From the human T2T-CHM13v2.0 reference genome, Homo sapiens: a DNA stretch of 64,000 nucleotides. The notes beneath the pieces are model-generated. The model was not told the DNA's origin, ran no database searches, and saw only the letters and a program-made list of their open reading frames with translations. The DNA lies in the NCBI RefSeq assembly GCF_009914755.1, contig NC_060943.1, one strand, 5' to 3'. The stretch's first letter is position 1. Every line of letters starts with the position of its first letter. The position numbers were made by a program, and so were the translations under genes. This document shows positions 51,901 to 63,700 of this stretch, in pieces.

Positions 51901-54900
51901 TCCTTGTGTTGTGTGTATTCAACTCACACAGTTGAACGATCGTTTACACAGAGCAGACTTGAGACACTCTTTTTGTGGAATTTGTAAGTGGAGATTTCAG
52001 CCGCTTTGAGGTCAATGGTAGAAAAGGAAATATCTTCATATAAAAACTAGACAGAATGATTCTGAGAAACTCCTTTGTGATGGGTGCGTTCAACTCACAG
52101 AGTTTAACCTTTCTTTTAATAGAGCAGTTAGGAAACACTCTGTTTGTAAAGTCTGCAAGTGGATATTCAGACATCTTTGGGGCATTCGTTGGAAACGGGA
52201 TTTCTTCATATTCTGCTAGACAGAAGAATTCTCAGAAACTTCGTTGTGTTGTGTGTTTTCAACTCACAGAGTTGAACGATCCTTTACACAGAGTAGACTT
52301 GAAACACTCTTTTTGTGGAATTTGCAAGTGGAGATTTCAGCCGCTTTGAGGTCAATGGTAGAAAAGGAAATATCTTCGTATAAAAACTAGACAGAATGAT
52401 TCTGAGAAACTCTTTTGTGATGTGTGCGTTCAACTCACAGAGTTTAACCTTTCTTTTCATAGAGCAGTTAGGAAACACTCTGTTTGTAAAGTCTGCAAGT
52501 GGATATTCAGACCTCCTTGAGGCCTTCGTTGGAAACGGGATTTCTTCATATTATGCTAGACAGAAGAATTCTCAGTAACTTCCTTGTGTTGTGTGTATTC
52601 AACTCACAGAGTTGAACGATCCTTTACACAGAGCAGACTTGAAACACTCTTTTTGTGAAATTTGCAAGTGGAGATTTCAGCCGCTTTGAGGTCAATGGTA
52701 GAATAGGAAATATCTTCCTATAGAAACTAGACAGAATGATTTTGAGAAACTCCTTTGTGATGTGTGCGTTCAACTCACAGAGTTTAACCTTTCTTTTCAT
52801 AGAGCAGTTAGGAAACACTCTGTTTGTAAAGTCTGCAAGTGGATATTCAGACATCCTTGAGGCTTTTGTTGGAAACGGGATTTCTTCATATTCTGCTAGA
52901 AAGAAGAATTCTCAGTAACTTCCTTGTGTTGTGTGTATTCAACTCACAGAGTTGAATGATCCTTTACACAGAACAGTCTTGAAACACTCTTTTTGTGGAA
53001 TTTGCAAGTGGAGATTTCAGCCGCTTTGAGGTCAATGGTAGAATAGGAAATATCTTCCTATAGAAACTAGACAGAATGATTCTCAGAAACTCCTTTGTGA
53101 TGTGTGCGTTCAACTCACAGAGTTTAACCTTTCTTTTCATAGAGCAGTTAGGAAACACTCTGTTTGTAAAGTCTGCAAGTGGATATTCAGACATCTTTGA
53201 GGCTTTCGTTGGAAACGGGATTTCTTCATATTCTGCTAGACAGAAGAATTCTCAGAAACTTCGTTGTGTTGTGTGTTTTCAACTCACAGAGTTCAACGAT
53301 CCTTTACACAGAGTAGACTTGAAACACTCTTTTTGTGGAATTGGCAGGGTGGAGATTTCAGCCGCTTTGAGGTCAATGGTAGAAAAGGAAATATCTTCGT
53401 ATAAAAACTAGACAGAGTGATTCTCAGAAACTCCTTTGTGATGTCTGCGTTCAACTCACAGAGTTTAACCTTTCTTTTCATAGAGCAGTTAGGAAACACT
53501 CTGTTTGTAAAGTCTGCAAGTGGATATTCAGACCTCCTTGAGGCCTTCGTTGGAAACGGGATTTCTTCATATTCTGCTATACAGAAGAATTCTCAGAAAC
53601 TTCCTTCTATTGTGTGTATTCAACTCACAGAGTTGAACGATCGTTTACACAGAGCAGACTAGAGACACTCTTTTTGTGGAATTTGTAAGTGGAGATTTCA
53701 GCCGCTTTGAGGTCAATGGTAGAATAGGAAATATCTTCCTATAGAAACTAGACAGAATGATTCTCAGAAACTCCTTTGTGATGTGTGCGTTCAACTCACA
53801 GAGTTTAACCTTTCTTTTCATAGAGCAGTTAGGAAACACTCTGTTTGTAAAGTCTGCAAGTGGATATTCAGACATCCTTGAGGCTTTCGTTGGAAGCGGG
53901 ATTTCTTCATATTCTGCTAGAAAGAACAATTCTCAGTAACTTCCTTGTGTTATGTGTATTCAACTCACAGAGTTGAATGATCCTTTACACAGAACAGTCT
54001 TGAAACACTCTTTTTGTGGAATTTGCAAGTGGAGATTTCAGCCGCTTTGAGGTCAATGGTAGAATAGGAAATATCTTCCTATAGAAACTAGACAGAATGA
54101 TTCTCAGAAACTCCTTTGTGATGTGTGCGTTCAACTCACAGAGTTTAACCTTTCTTTTCATAGAGCAGTTAGGAAACACTCTGTTTGTAAAGTCTGCAAG
54201 TGGATATTCAGACATCTTTGAGGCTTTCGTTGGAAACGGGATTTCTTCATATTCTGCTAGACAGAAGAATTCTCAGAAACTTCGTTGTGTTGTGTGTTTT
54301 CAACTGACAGAGTTCAACGATCCTTTACACAGAGTAGACTTGAAACACTCTTTTTGTGGAATTGGCAGGGTGGAGATTTCAGCCGCTTTGAGGTCAATGG
54401 TAGAAAAGGAAATATCTTCGTATAAAAACTAGACAGAGTGATTCTCAGAAACTCCTTTGTGATGTCTGCGTTCAACTCACGGAGTTTAACCTTTCTTTTC
54501 ATAGAGCAGTTAGGAAACACTCTGTTTGTAAAGTCTGCAAGTGGATATTCAGACCTCTTTGAGGCCTTCTTTGGAAACGGGATTTCTTCATATTATGCTA
54601 GACAGAAGAATTCTCAGTAACTTCCTTGTGTTGTGTGTATTCAACTCACAGAGTTGAACGATCCTTTACACAGAGCAGACATGAAACACTCTTTTTGTGG
54701 AATTTGCAAGTGGAGATTTCAGCCGCTTTGAGGTCAATGGTAGAAAAGGAAATATCTTCGTATAAAAACTAGACAGAATGATTCTCAGAAACTCCTTTGT
54801 GATGTGTGCGTTCAACTCACAGAGTTTAACCTTTCTTTTCATAGAGCAGTTAGGAAACACTCTGTTTGTAAAGTCTGCAAGTGGATATTCAGACCTCCTT

Positions 54901-57900
54901 GAGGCCTTCGTTGGAAACGGGATTTCTTCATATTATGCTAGACAGAAGAATTCTCAGTAACTTCCTTGTGTTGTGTGTATTCAACTCACAGAGTTGAACG
55001 ATCCTTTACACAGAGCAGACTTGAAACACTCTTTTTGTGGAATTTGCAAGTGGAGATTTCAGCCGCTTTGAGTTCAATGGTAGAATAGGAAATATCTTCC
55101 TATAGAAACTAGACAGAATGATTCTCAGAAACTCCTTTGTGATGTGTGCGTTCAACTCACAGAGTTCAACCTTTCTTTTCATAGAGCAGTTGGGAAACAC
55201 TCTGTTTGTAAAGTCTGCAAGTGGATATTCAGACTTCTTTGAGGCCATCGTTGGAAGCGGGATTTCTTCATATTCTGCTAGACAGAAGAATTCTCAGTAA
55301 CTTCCTTGTGTTGTGTGTATTCAACTCACAGAGTTGAACGATCCTTTACACAGAGCAGACTTGAAACACTCTTTTTGTGGAATTTGCAAGTGGAGATTTC
55401 AGCCGCTTTGAGGTCAATGGTAGAATAGGAAATATCTTCCTATAGAAACTAGACAGAATGATTCTCAGAAACTCCTTTGTGATGTGTGCGTTCAACTCAC
55501 AGAGTTTAACCTTTCTTTTCATAGAGCAGTTAGGAAACACTCTGTTTGTAAAGTCTGCAAGTGGATATTCAGACCTCCTTGAGGCCTTCGTTGGAAACGG
55601 GATTTCTTCATATTATGCTACACAGAAGAATTCTCAGTAACTTCCTTGTGTTGTGTGTATTCAACTCACAGAGTTGAACGATCGTTTACACAGAGCAGAC
55701 TTGAGACACTCTTTTTGTGGAATTTGTAATTGGAGATTTCAGCCGCTTTGAGGTCAACGGTAGAAAAGGAAATATCTTCATATAAAAACTAGACAGAATG
55801 ATTCTCAGAAACTCCTTTGTGATGTGTGCGTTCAACTCACAGAGTTCAACCTTTCTTTTCATAGAGCAGTTGGGAAACACTCTGTTTGTAAAGTCTGCAA
55901 GTGGATATTCAGACTTCTTTGAGGCCTTCGTTGGAAGCGGGATTTCTTCATATTCTGCTAGACAGAAGAATTCTCAGTAACTTCCTTGTGTTGTGTGTAT
56001 TCAACTCACAGAGTTGAACGATCCTTTACACAGAGCAGACTTGAAACACTCTTTTTGTGGAATTTGCAAGTGGAGATTTCAGCCGCTTTGAGGTCAATGT
56101 TAGAATAGGAAATATCTTCCTATAGAAACTAGACAGAATGATTCTCAGAAACTCCTTTGTGATGTGTGCGTTCAACTCACAGAGTTTAACCTTTCTTTTC
56201 ATAGAGCAGTTAGGAAACACTCTGTTTGTAAAGTCTGCAAGTGGATATTCAGACATCTTTGAGGCTTTCGTTGGAAACGGGATTTCTTCATATTCTGCTA
56301 GACAGAAGAATTCTCAGAAACTTCGTTGTGTTGTGTGTTTTCAACTCACAGAGTTCAACGATCCTTTACACAGAGTAGACTTGAAACACTCTTTTTGTGG
56401 AATTGGCAGGGTGGAGATTTCAGCCGCTTTGAGGTCAATGGTAGAAAAGGAAATATCTTCGTATAAAAACTAGACAGAGTGATTCTCAGAAACTCCTTTG
56501 TGATGTCTGCGTTCAACTCACAGAGTTTAACCTTTCTTTTCATAGAGCAGTTAGGAAACACTCTGTTTGTAAAGTCTGCAAGTGGATATTCAGACCTCCT
56601 TGAGGCCTTCGTTGGAAACGGGATTTCTTCATATTCTGCTATACAGAAGAATTCTCAGAAACTTCCTTGTGTTGTGTGTATTCAACTCACACAGTTGAAC
56701 GATCGTTTACACAGAGCAGACTTGAGACACTCTTTTTGTGGAATTTGTAAGTGGAGATTTCAGCCGCTTTGAGGTCAATGGTAGAAAAGGAAATATCTTC
56801 ATATAAAAACTAGACAGAATGATTCTGAGAAACTCCTTTGTGATGGGTGCGTTCAACTCACAGAGTTTAACCTTTCTTTTAATAGAGCAGTTAGGAAACA
56901 CTCTGTTTGTAAAGTCTGCAAGTGGATATTCAGACATCTTTGGGGCATTCGTTGGAAACGGGATTTCTTCATATTCTGCTAGACAGAAGAATTCTCAGAA
57001 ACTTCGTTGTGTTGTGTGTTTTCAACTCACAGAGTTGAACGATCCTTTACACAGAGTAGACTTGAAACACTCCTTTTGTGGAATTTGCAAGTGGAGATTT
57101 CAGCCGCTTTGAGGTCAATGGTAGAAAAGGAAATATCTTCGTATAAAAACAAGACAGAATGATTCTGAGAAACTCTTTTGTGATGTGTGCGTTCAACTCA
57201 CAGAGTTTAACCTTTCTTTTCATAGAGCAGTTAGGAAACACTCTGTTTGTAAAGTCTGCAAGTGGATATTCAGACCTCCTTGAGGCCTTCGTTGGAAACG
57301 GGATTTCTTCATATTATGCTAGACAGAAGAATTCTCAGTAACTTCCTTGTGTTGTGTGTATTCAACTCACAGAGTTGAACGATCCTTTACACAGAGCAGA
57401 CTTGAAACACTCTTTTTGTGAAATTTGCAAGTGGAGATTTCAGCCGCTTTGAGGTCAATGGTAGAATAGGAAATATCTTCCTATAGAAACTAGACAGAAT
57501 GATTTTGAGAAACTCCTTTGTGATGTGTGCGTTCAACTCACAGAGTTTAACCTTTCTTTTCATAGAGCAGTTAGGAAACACTCTGTTTGTAAAGTCTGCA
57601 AGTGGATATTCAGACATCCTTGAGGCTTTTGTTGGAAACGGGATTTCTTCATATTCTGCTAGAAAGAAGAATTCTCAGTAACTTCCTTGTGTTGTGTGTA
57701 TTCAACTCACAGAGTTGAATGATCCTTTACACAGAACAGTCTTGAAACACTCTTTTTGTGGAATTTGCAAGTGGAGATTTCAGCCGCTTTGAGGTCAATG
57801 GTAGAATAGGAAATATCTTCCTATAGAAACTAGACAGAATGATTCTCAGAAACTCCTTTGTGATGTGTGCGTTCAACTCACAGAGTTTAACCTTTCTTTT

Positions 57901-60700
57901 CATAGAGCAGTTAGGAAACACTCTGTTTGTAAAGTCTGCAAGTGGATATTCAGACCTCCTTGAGGCCTTCGTTGGAAACGGGATTTCTTCATATTATGCT
58001 ACACAGAAGAATTCTCAGTAACTTCCTTGTGTTGTGTGTATTCAACTCACAGAGTTGAACGATCGTTTACACAGAGCAGACTTGAGACACTCTTTTTGTG
58101 GAATTTGTAATTGGAGATTTCAGCCGCTTTGAGGTCAACGGTAGAAAAGGAAATATCTTCATATAAAAACTAGACAGAATGATTCTCAGAAACTCCTTTG
58201 TGATGTGTGCGTTCAACTCACAGAGTTCAACCTTTCTTTTCATAGAGCAGTTGGGAAACACTCTGTTTGTAAAGTCTGCAAGTGGATATTCAGACTTCTT
58301 TGAGGCCTTCGTTGGAAGCGGGATTTCTTCATATTCTGCTAGACAGAAGAATTCTCAGTAACTTCCTTGTGTTGTGTGTATTCAACTCACAGAGTTGAAC
58401 GATCCTTTACACAGAGCAGACTTGAAACACTCTTTTTGTGGAATTTGCAAGTGGAGATTTCAGCCGCTTTGAGGTCAATGGTAGAATAGGAAATATCTTC
58501 CTATAGAAACTAGACAGAATGATTCTCAGAAACTCCTTTGTGATGTGTGCGTTCAACTCACAGAGTTTAACCTTTCTTTTCATAGAGCAGTTAGGAAACA
58601 CTCTGTTTGTAAAGTCTGCAAGTGGATATTCAGACATCTTTGAGGCTTTCGTTGGAAACGGGATTTCTTCATATTCTGCTAGACAGAAGAATTCTCAGAA
58701 ACTTCGTTGTGTTGTGTGTTTTCAACTCACAGAGTTCAACGATCCTTTACACAGAGTAGACTTGAAACACTCTTTTTGTGGAATTGGCAGGGTGGAGATT
58801 TCAGCCGCTTTGAGGTCAATGGTAGAAAAGGAAATATCTTCGTATAAAAACTAGACAGAGTGATTCTCAGAAACTCCTTTGTGATGTCTGCGTTCAACTC
58901 ACAGAGTTTAACCTTTCTTTTCATAGAGCAGTTAGGAAACACTCTGTTTGTAAAGTCTGCAAGTGGATATTCAGACCTCCTTGAGGCCTTCGTTGGAAAC
59001 GGGATTTCTTCATATTCTGCTATACAGAAGAATTCTCAGAAACTTCCTTGTGTTGTGTGTATTCAACTCACACAGTTGAACGATCGTTTACACAGAGCAG
59101 ACTTGAGACACTCTTTTTGTGGAATTTGTAAGTGGAGATTTCAGCCGCTTTGAGGTCAATGGTAGAAAAGGAAATATCTTCATATAAAAACTAGACAGAA
59201 TGATTCTGAGAAACTCCTTTGTGATGGGTGCGTTCAACTCACAGAGTTTAACCTTTCTTTTAATAGAGCAGTTAGGAAACACTCTGTTTGTAAAGTCTGC
59301 AAGTGGATATTCAGACATCTTTGGGGCATTCGTTGGAAACGGGATTTCTTCATATTCTGCTAGACAGAAGAATTCTCAGAAACTTCGTTGTGTTGTGTGT
59401 TTTCAACTCACAGAGTTGAACGATCCTTTACACAGAGTAGACTTGAAACACTCTTTTTGTGGAATTTGCAAGTGGAGATTTCAGCCGCTTTGAGGTCAAT
59501 GGTAGAAAAGGAAATATCTTCGTATAAAAACTAGACAGAATGATTCTGAGAAACTCTTTTGTGATGTGTGCGTTCAACTCACAGAGTTTAACCTTTCTTT
59601 TCATAGAGCAGTTAGGAAACACTCTGTTTGTAAAGTCTGCAAGTGGATATTCAGACCTCCTTGAGGCCTTCGTTGGAAACGGGATTTCTTCATATTATGC
59701 TAGACAGAAGAATTCTCAGTAACTTCCTTGTGTTGTGTGTATTCAACTCACAGAGTTGAACGATCCTTTACACAGAGCAGACTTGAAACACTCTTTTTGT
59801 GAAATTTGCAAGTGGAGATTTCAGCCGCTTTGAGGTCAATGGTAGAATAGGAAATATCTTCCTATAGAAACTAGACAGAATGATTTTGAGAAACTCCTTT
59901 GTGATGTGTGCGTTCAACTCACAGAGTTTAACCTTTCTTTTCATAGAGCAGTTAGGAAACACTCTGTTTGTAAAGTCTGCAAGTGGATATTCAGACATCC
60001 TTGAGGCTTTTGTTGGAAACGGGATTTCTTCATATTCTGCTAGAAAGAAGAATTCTCAGTAACTTCCTTGTGTTGTGTGTATTCAACTCACAGAGTTGAA
60101 TGATCCTTTACACAGAACAGTCTTGAAACACTCTTTTTGTGGAATTTGCAAGTGGAGATTTCAGCCGCTTTGAGGTCAATGGTAGAATAGGAAATATCTT
60201 CCTATAGAAACTAGACAGAATGATTCTCAGAAACTCCTTTGTGATGTGTGCGTTCAACTCACAGAGTTTAACCTTTCTTTTCATAGAGCAGTTAGGAAAC
60301 ACTCTGTTTGTAAAGTCTGCAAGTGGATATTCAGACATCTTTGAGGCTTTCGTTGGAAACGGGATTTCTTCATATTCTGCTAGACAGAAGAATTCTCAGA
60401 AACTTCGTTGTGTTGTGTGTTTTCAACTCACAGAGTTCAACGATCCTTTACACAGAGTAGACTTGAAACACTCTTTTTGTGGAATTGGCAGGGTGGAGAT
60501 TTCAGCCGCTTTGAGGTCAATGGTAGAAAAGGAAATATCTTCGTATAAAAACTAGACAGAGTGATTCTCAGAAACTCCTTTGTGATGTCTGCGTTCAACT
60601 CACAGAGTTTAACCTTTCTTTTCATAGAGCAGTTAGGAAACACTCTGTTTGTAAAGTCTGCAAGTGGATATTCAGACCTCCTTGAGGCCTTCGTTGGAAA
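46060..60700 (+). repeat. 7144-bp (21-dimer) tandem duplication
   Basis: Marker pairs 46273/53417, 46613/53757, 47294/54438, 47974/55118, 49903/57047 (private cactcctttt), 50243/57387 and 52624/59768 are all at +7144. Confidence 0.93.
48314..53075 (+). repeat. 2381-bp (7-dimer) tandem duplication nested in the 7144-bp unit; repeated at 55458-60219
   Basis: Marker pairs 48314/50695, 49335/51716, 49675/52056 and 50355/52736 are at +2381. The same holds for 55458/57839, 56479/58860 and 56819/59200. Confidence 0.92.
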
Positions 60701-63700
60701 CGGGATTTCTTCATATTCTGCTATACAGAAGAATTCTCAGAAACTTCCTTGTATTGTGTGTATTCAACTCAGAGAGTTGAACGATCGTTTACACAGAGCA
60801 GACTAGAGACACTCTTTTTGTGGAATTTGTAAGTGGAGATTTCAGCCGCTTTGAGGTCAATGGTAGAAAAGGAAATATCTTCGTATAAAAACTAGACAGA
60901 ATGATTCTCAGAAACTCCTTTGTGATGTGTGCGTTCAACTCACAGAGTTTAACCTTTCTTTTCATAGAGCAGTTAGGAAACACTCTGTTTGTAAAGTCTG
61001 CAAGTGGATATTCAGACCTCTTTGAGGCCTTCGTTGGAAACGGGATTTCTTCATATTATGCTAGACAGAAGAATTCTCAGTAACTTCCTTGTGTTGTGTG
61101 TATTCAACTCACACAGTTGAATGATCCTTTACACAGAGCAGACTTGAAACACTCTTTTTGTGGAATTTGCAAGTGGAGATTTCAGCCGCTTTGAGTTCAA
61201 TGGTAGAATAGGAAATATCTTCTTATAGAAACTAGACAGAATGATTCTCAGAAACTCCTTTGTGATGTGTGCGTTCAACTCACAGAGTTCAACCTTTCTT
61301 TTCATAGAGCAGTTGGGAAACACTCTATTTGTAAAGTCTGCAAGTGGATATTCAGACTTCTTTGAGGCCTTCGTTGGAAGCGGGATTTCTTCATATTCTG
61401 CTTGACAGAAGAATTCTCAGTAACTTCCTTGTGTTGTGTGTATTCAACTCACAGAGTTGAACGATCCTTTACACAGAGCAGACTTGAAACACTCTTTTTG
61501 TGGAATTTGCAAGTGGAGATTTCAGCCGCTTTGAGGTCAATGGTAGAATAGGAAATATCTTCCTATAGAAACTAGACAGAATGATTCTGAGAAACTCCTT
61601 TGTGATGTGTGCGTTCAACTCACAGAGTTTCACCTTTCTTTTCATAGAGCAGTTAGGAAACACTCTGTTTGTAAAGTGTGCAAGTGGATATTCAGACCTC
61701 CTTGAGGCCTTCGTTGGAAACGGGATTTCTTCATATTATGCTAGACAGAAGAATTCTCAGTAACTTCCTTGTGTTGTGTGTATTCAACTCACAGAGTTGA
61801 ACGATCCTTTACACAGAGCAGACTTGAAACACTCTTTTTGTGGAATTTGCAGGTGGAGATTTCAGCCGCTTTGTGTTCAATGGTAGAATAGGAAATATCT
61901 TCCTATAGAAACTAGACAGAATGATTCTCAGAAACTCCTTTGTGATGTGTGCGTTCAACTCACAGAGTTCAACCTTTCTTTTCATAGAGCAGTTGGGAAA
62001 CACTCTGTTTGTAAAGTCTGCAAGTGGATAATCAGACTTCTTTGAGGCCTTCGTTGGAAGCGGGATTTCTTCATATTCTGCTAGACAGAAGAATTCTCAG
62101 TAACTTCCTTGTGTTGTGTGTATTCAACTCACAGAGTTGAACGATCCTTTACACAGAGCAGACTTGAAACACTCTTTTTGTGGAATTTGCAAGTGGAGAT
62201 TTCAGCCGCTTTTTGTTCAATGGTAGAATAGGAAATATCTTCCTATAGAAACTAGACAGAATGATTCTCAGAAACTCCTTTGTGATGTGTGCATTCAACT
62301 CACAGAGTTTAACCTTTCTTTTCATAGAGCAGTTAGGAAACACTCTGTTTGTAAAGTCTGCAAGTGGATATTCAGACATCCTTGAGGCTTTCGTTGGAAA
62401 CGGGATTTCTTCATATTCTGCTAGACAGAAGAATTCTCAGAAACTTCGTTGTGTTGTGTGTTTTCAACTCACAGAGTTCAACGATCCTTTACACAGAGTA
62501 GACTTGAAACACTCTTTTTGTGGAATTGGCAGGGTGGAGATTTCAGCCGCTTTGAGGTCAATGGTAGAAAAGGAAATATCTTCGTATAAAAACTAGACAG
62601 AGTGATTCTCAGAAACTCCTTTGTGATGTCTGCGTTCAACTCACAGAGTTTAACCTTTCTTTTCATAGAGCAGTTAGGAAACACTCTGTTTGTAAAGTCT
62701 GCAAGTGGATATTCAGACCTCCTTGAGGCCTTCGTTGGAAACGGGATTTCTTCATATTCTGCTATACAGAAGAATTCTCAGAAACTTCCTTGTGTTGTGT
62801 GTATTCAACTCACAGAGTTGAACGATCCTTTACACAGAGCAGACTTGAAACACTCTTTTTGTGGAAATTGCAAGTGGAGATTTCAGGCGCTTTGAGGTCA
62901 ATGGTAGAAAAGGAAATATCTTCGTATAAAAACTAGACAGAATGATTCTCAGAAACTCCTTTGTGATGTGTGCGTTCAACTCACAGAGTTTAACCTTTCT
63001 TTTCATAGAGCAGTTAGGAAACACTCTGTTTGTAAAGTCTGCAAGTGGATATTCAGACCTCCTTGAGGCCTTCATTGGAAACGGGATTTCTTCATATTAT
63101 GCTAGACAGAAGAATTCTCAGTAACTTCCTTGTGTTGTGTGTATTCAACTCACAGAGTTGAACGATCCTTTACACAGAGCAGACTTGAAACACTCTTTTT
63201 GTGGAATTTGCAGGTGGAGATTTCAGCCGCTTTGTGTTCAATGGTAGAATAGGAAATATCTTCCTATAGAAACTAGACAGAATGATTCTCAGAAACTCCT
63301 TTGTGATGTGTGCGTTCAACTCACAGAGTTCAACCTTTCTTTTCATAGAGCAGTTGGGAAACACTCTGTTTGTAAAGTCTGCAAGTGGATAATCAGACTT
63401 CTTTGAGGCCTTCGTTGGAAGCGGGATTTCTTCATATTCTGCTAGACAGAAGAATTCTCAGTAACTTCCTTGTGTTGTGTGTATTCAACTCACAGAGTTG
63501 AACGATCCTTTACACAGAGCAGACTTGAAACACTCTTTTTGTGGAATTTGCAAGTGGAGATTTCAGCCGCTTTGAGGTCAATGGTAGAATAGGAAATATC
63601 TTCCTATAGAAACTAGACAGAATGATTCTCAGAAACTCCTTTGTGATGTGTGCGTTCAACTCACAGAGTTTAACCTTTCTTTTCATAGAGCAGTTAGGAA

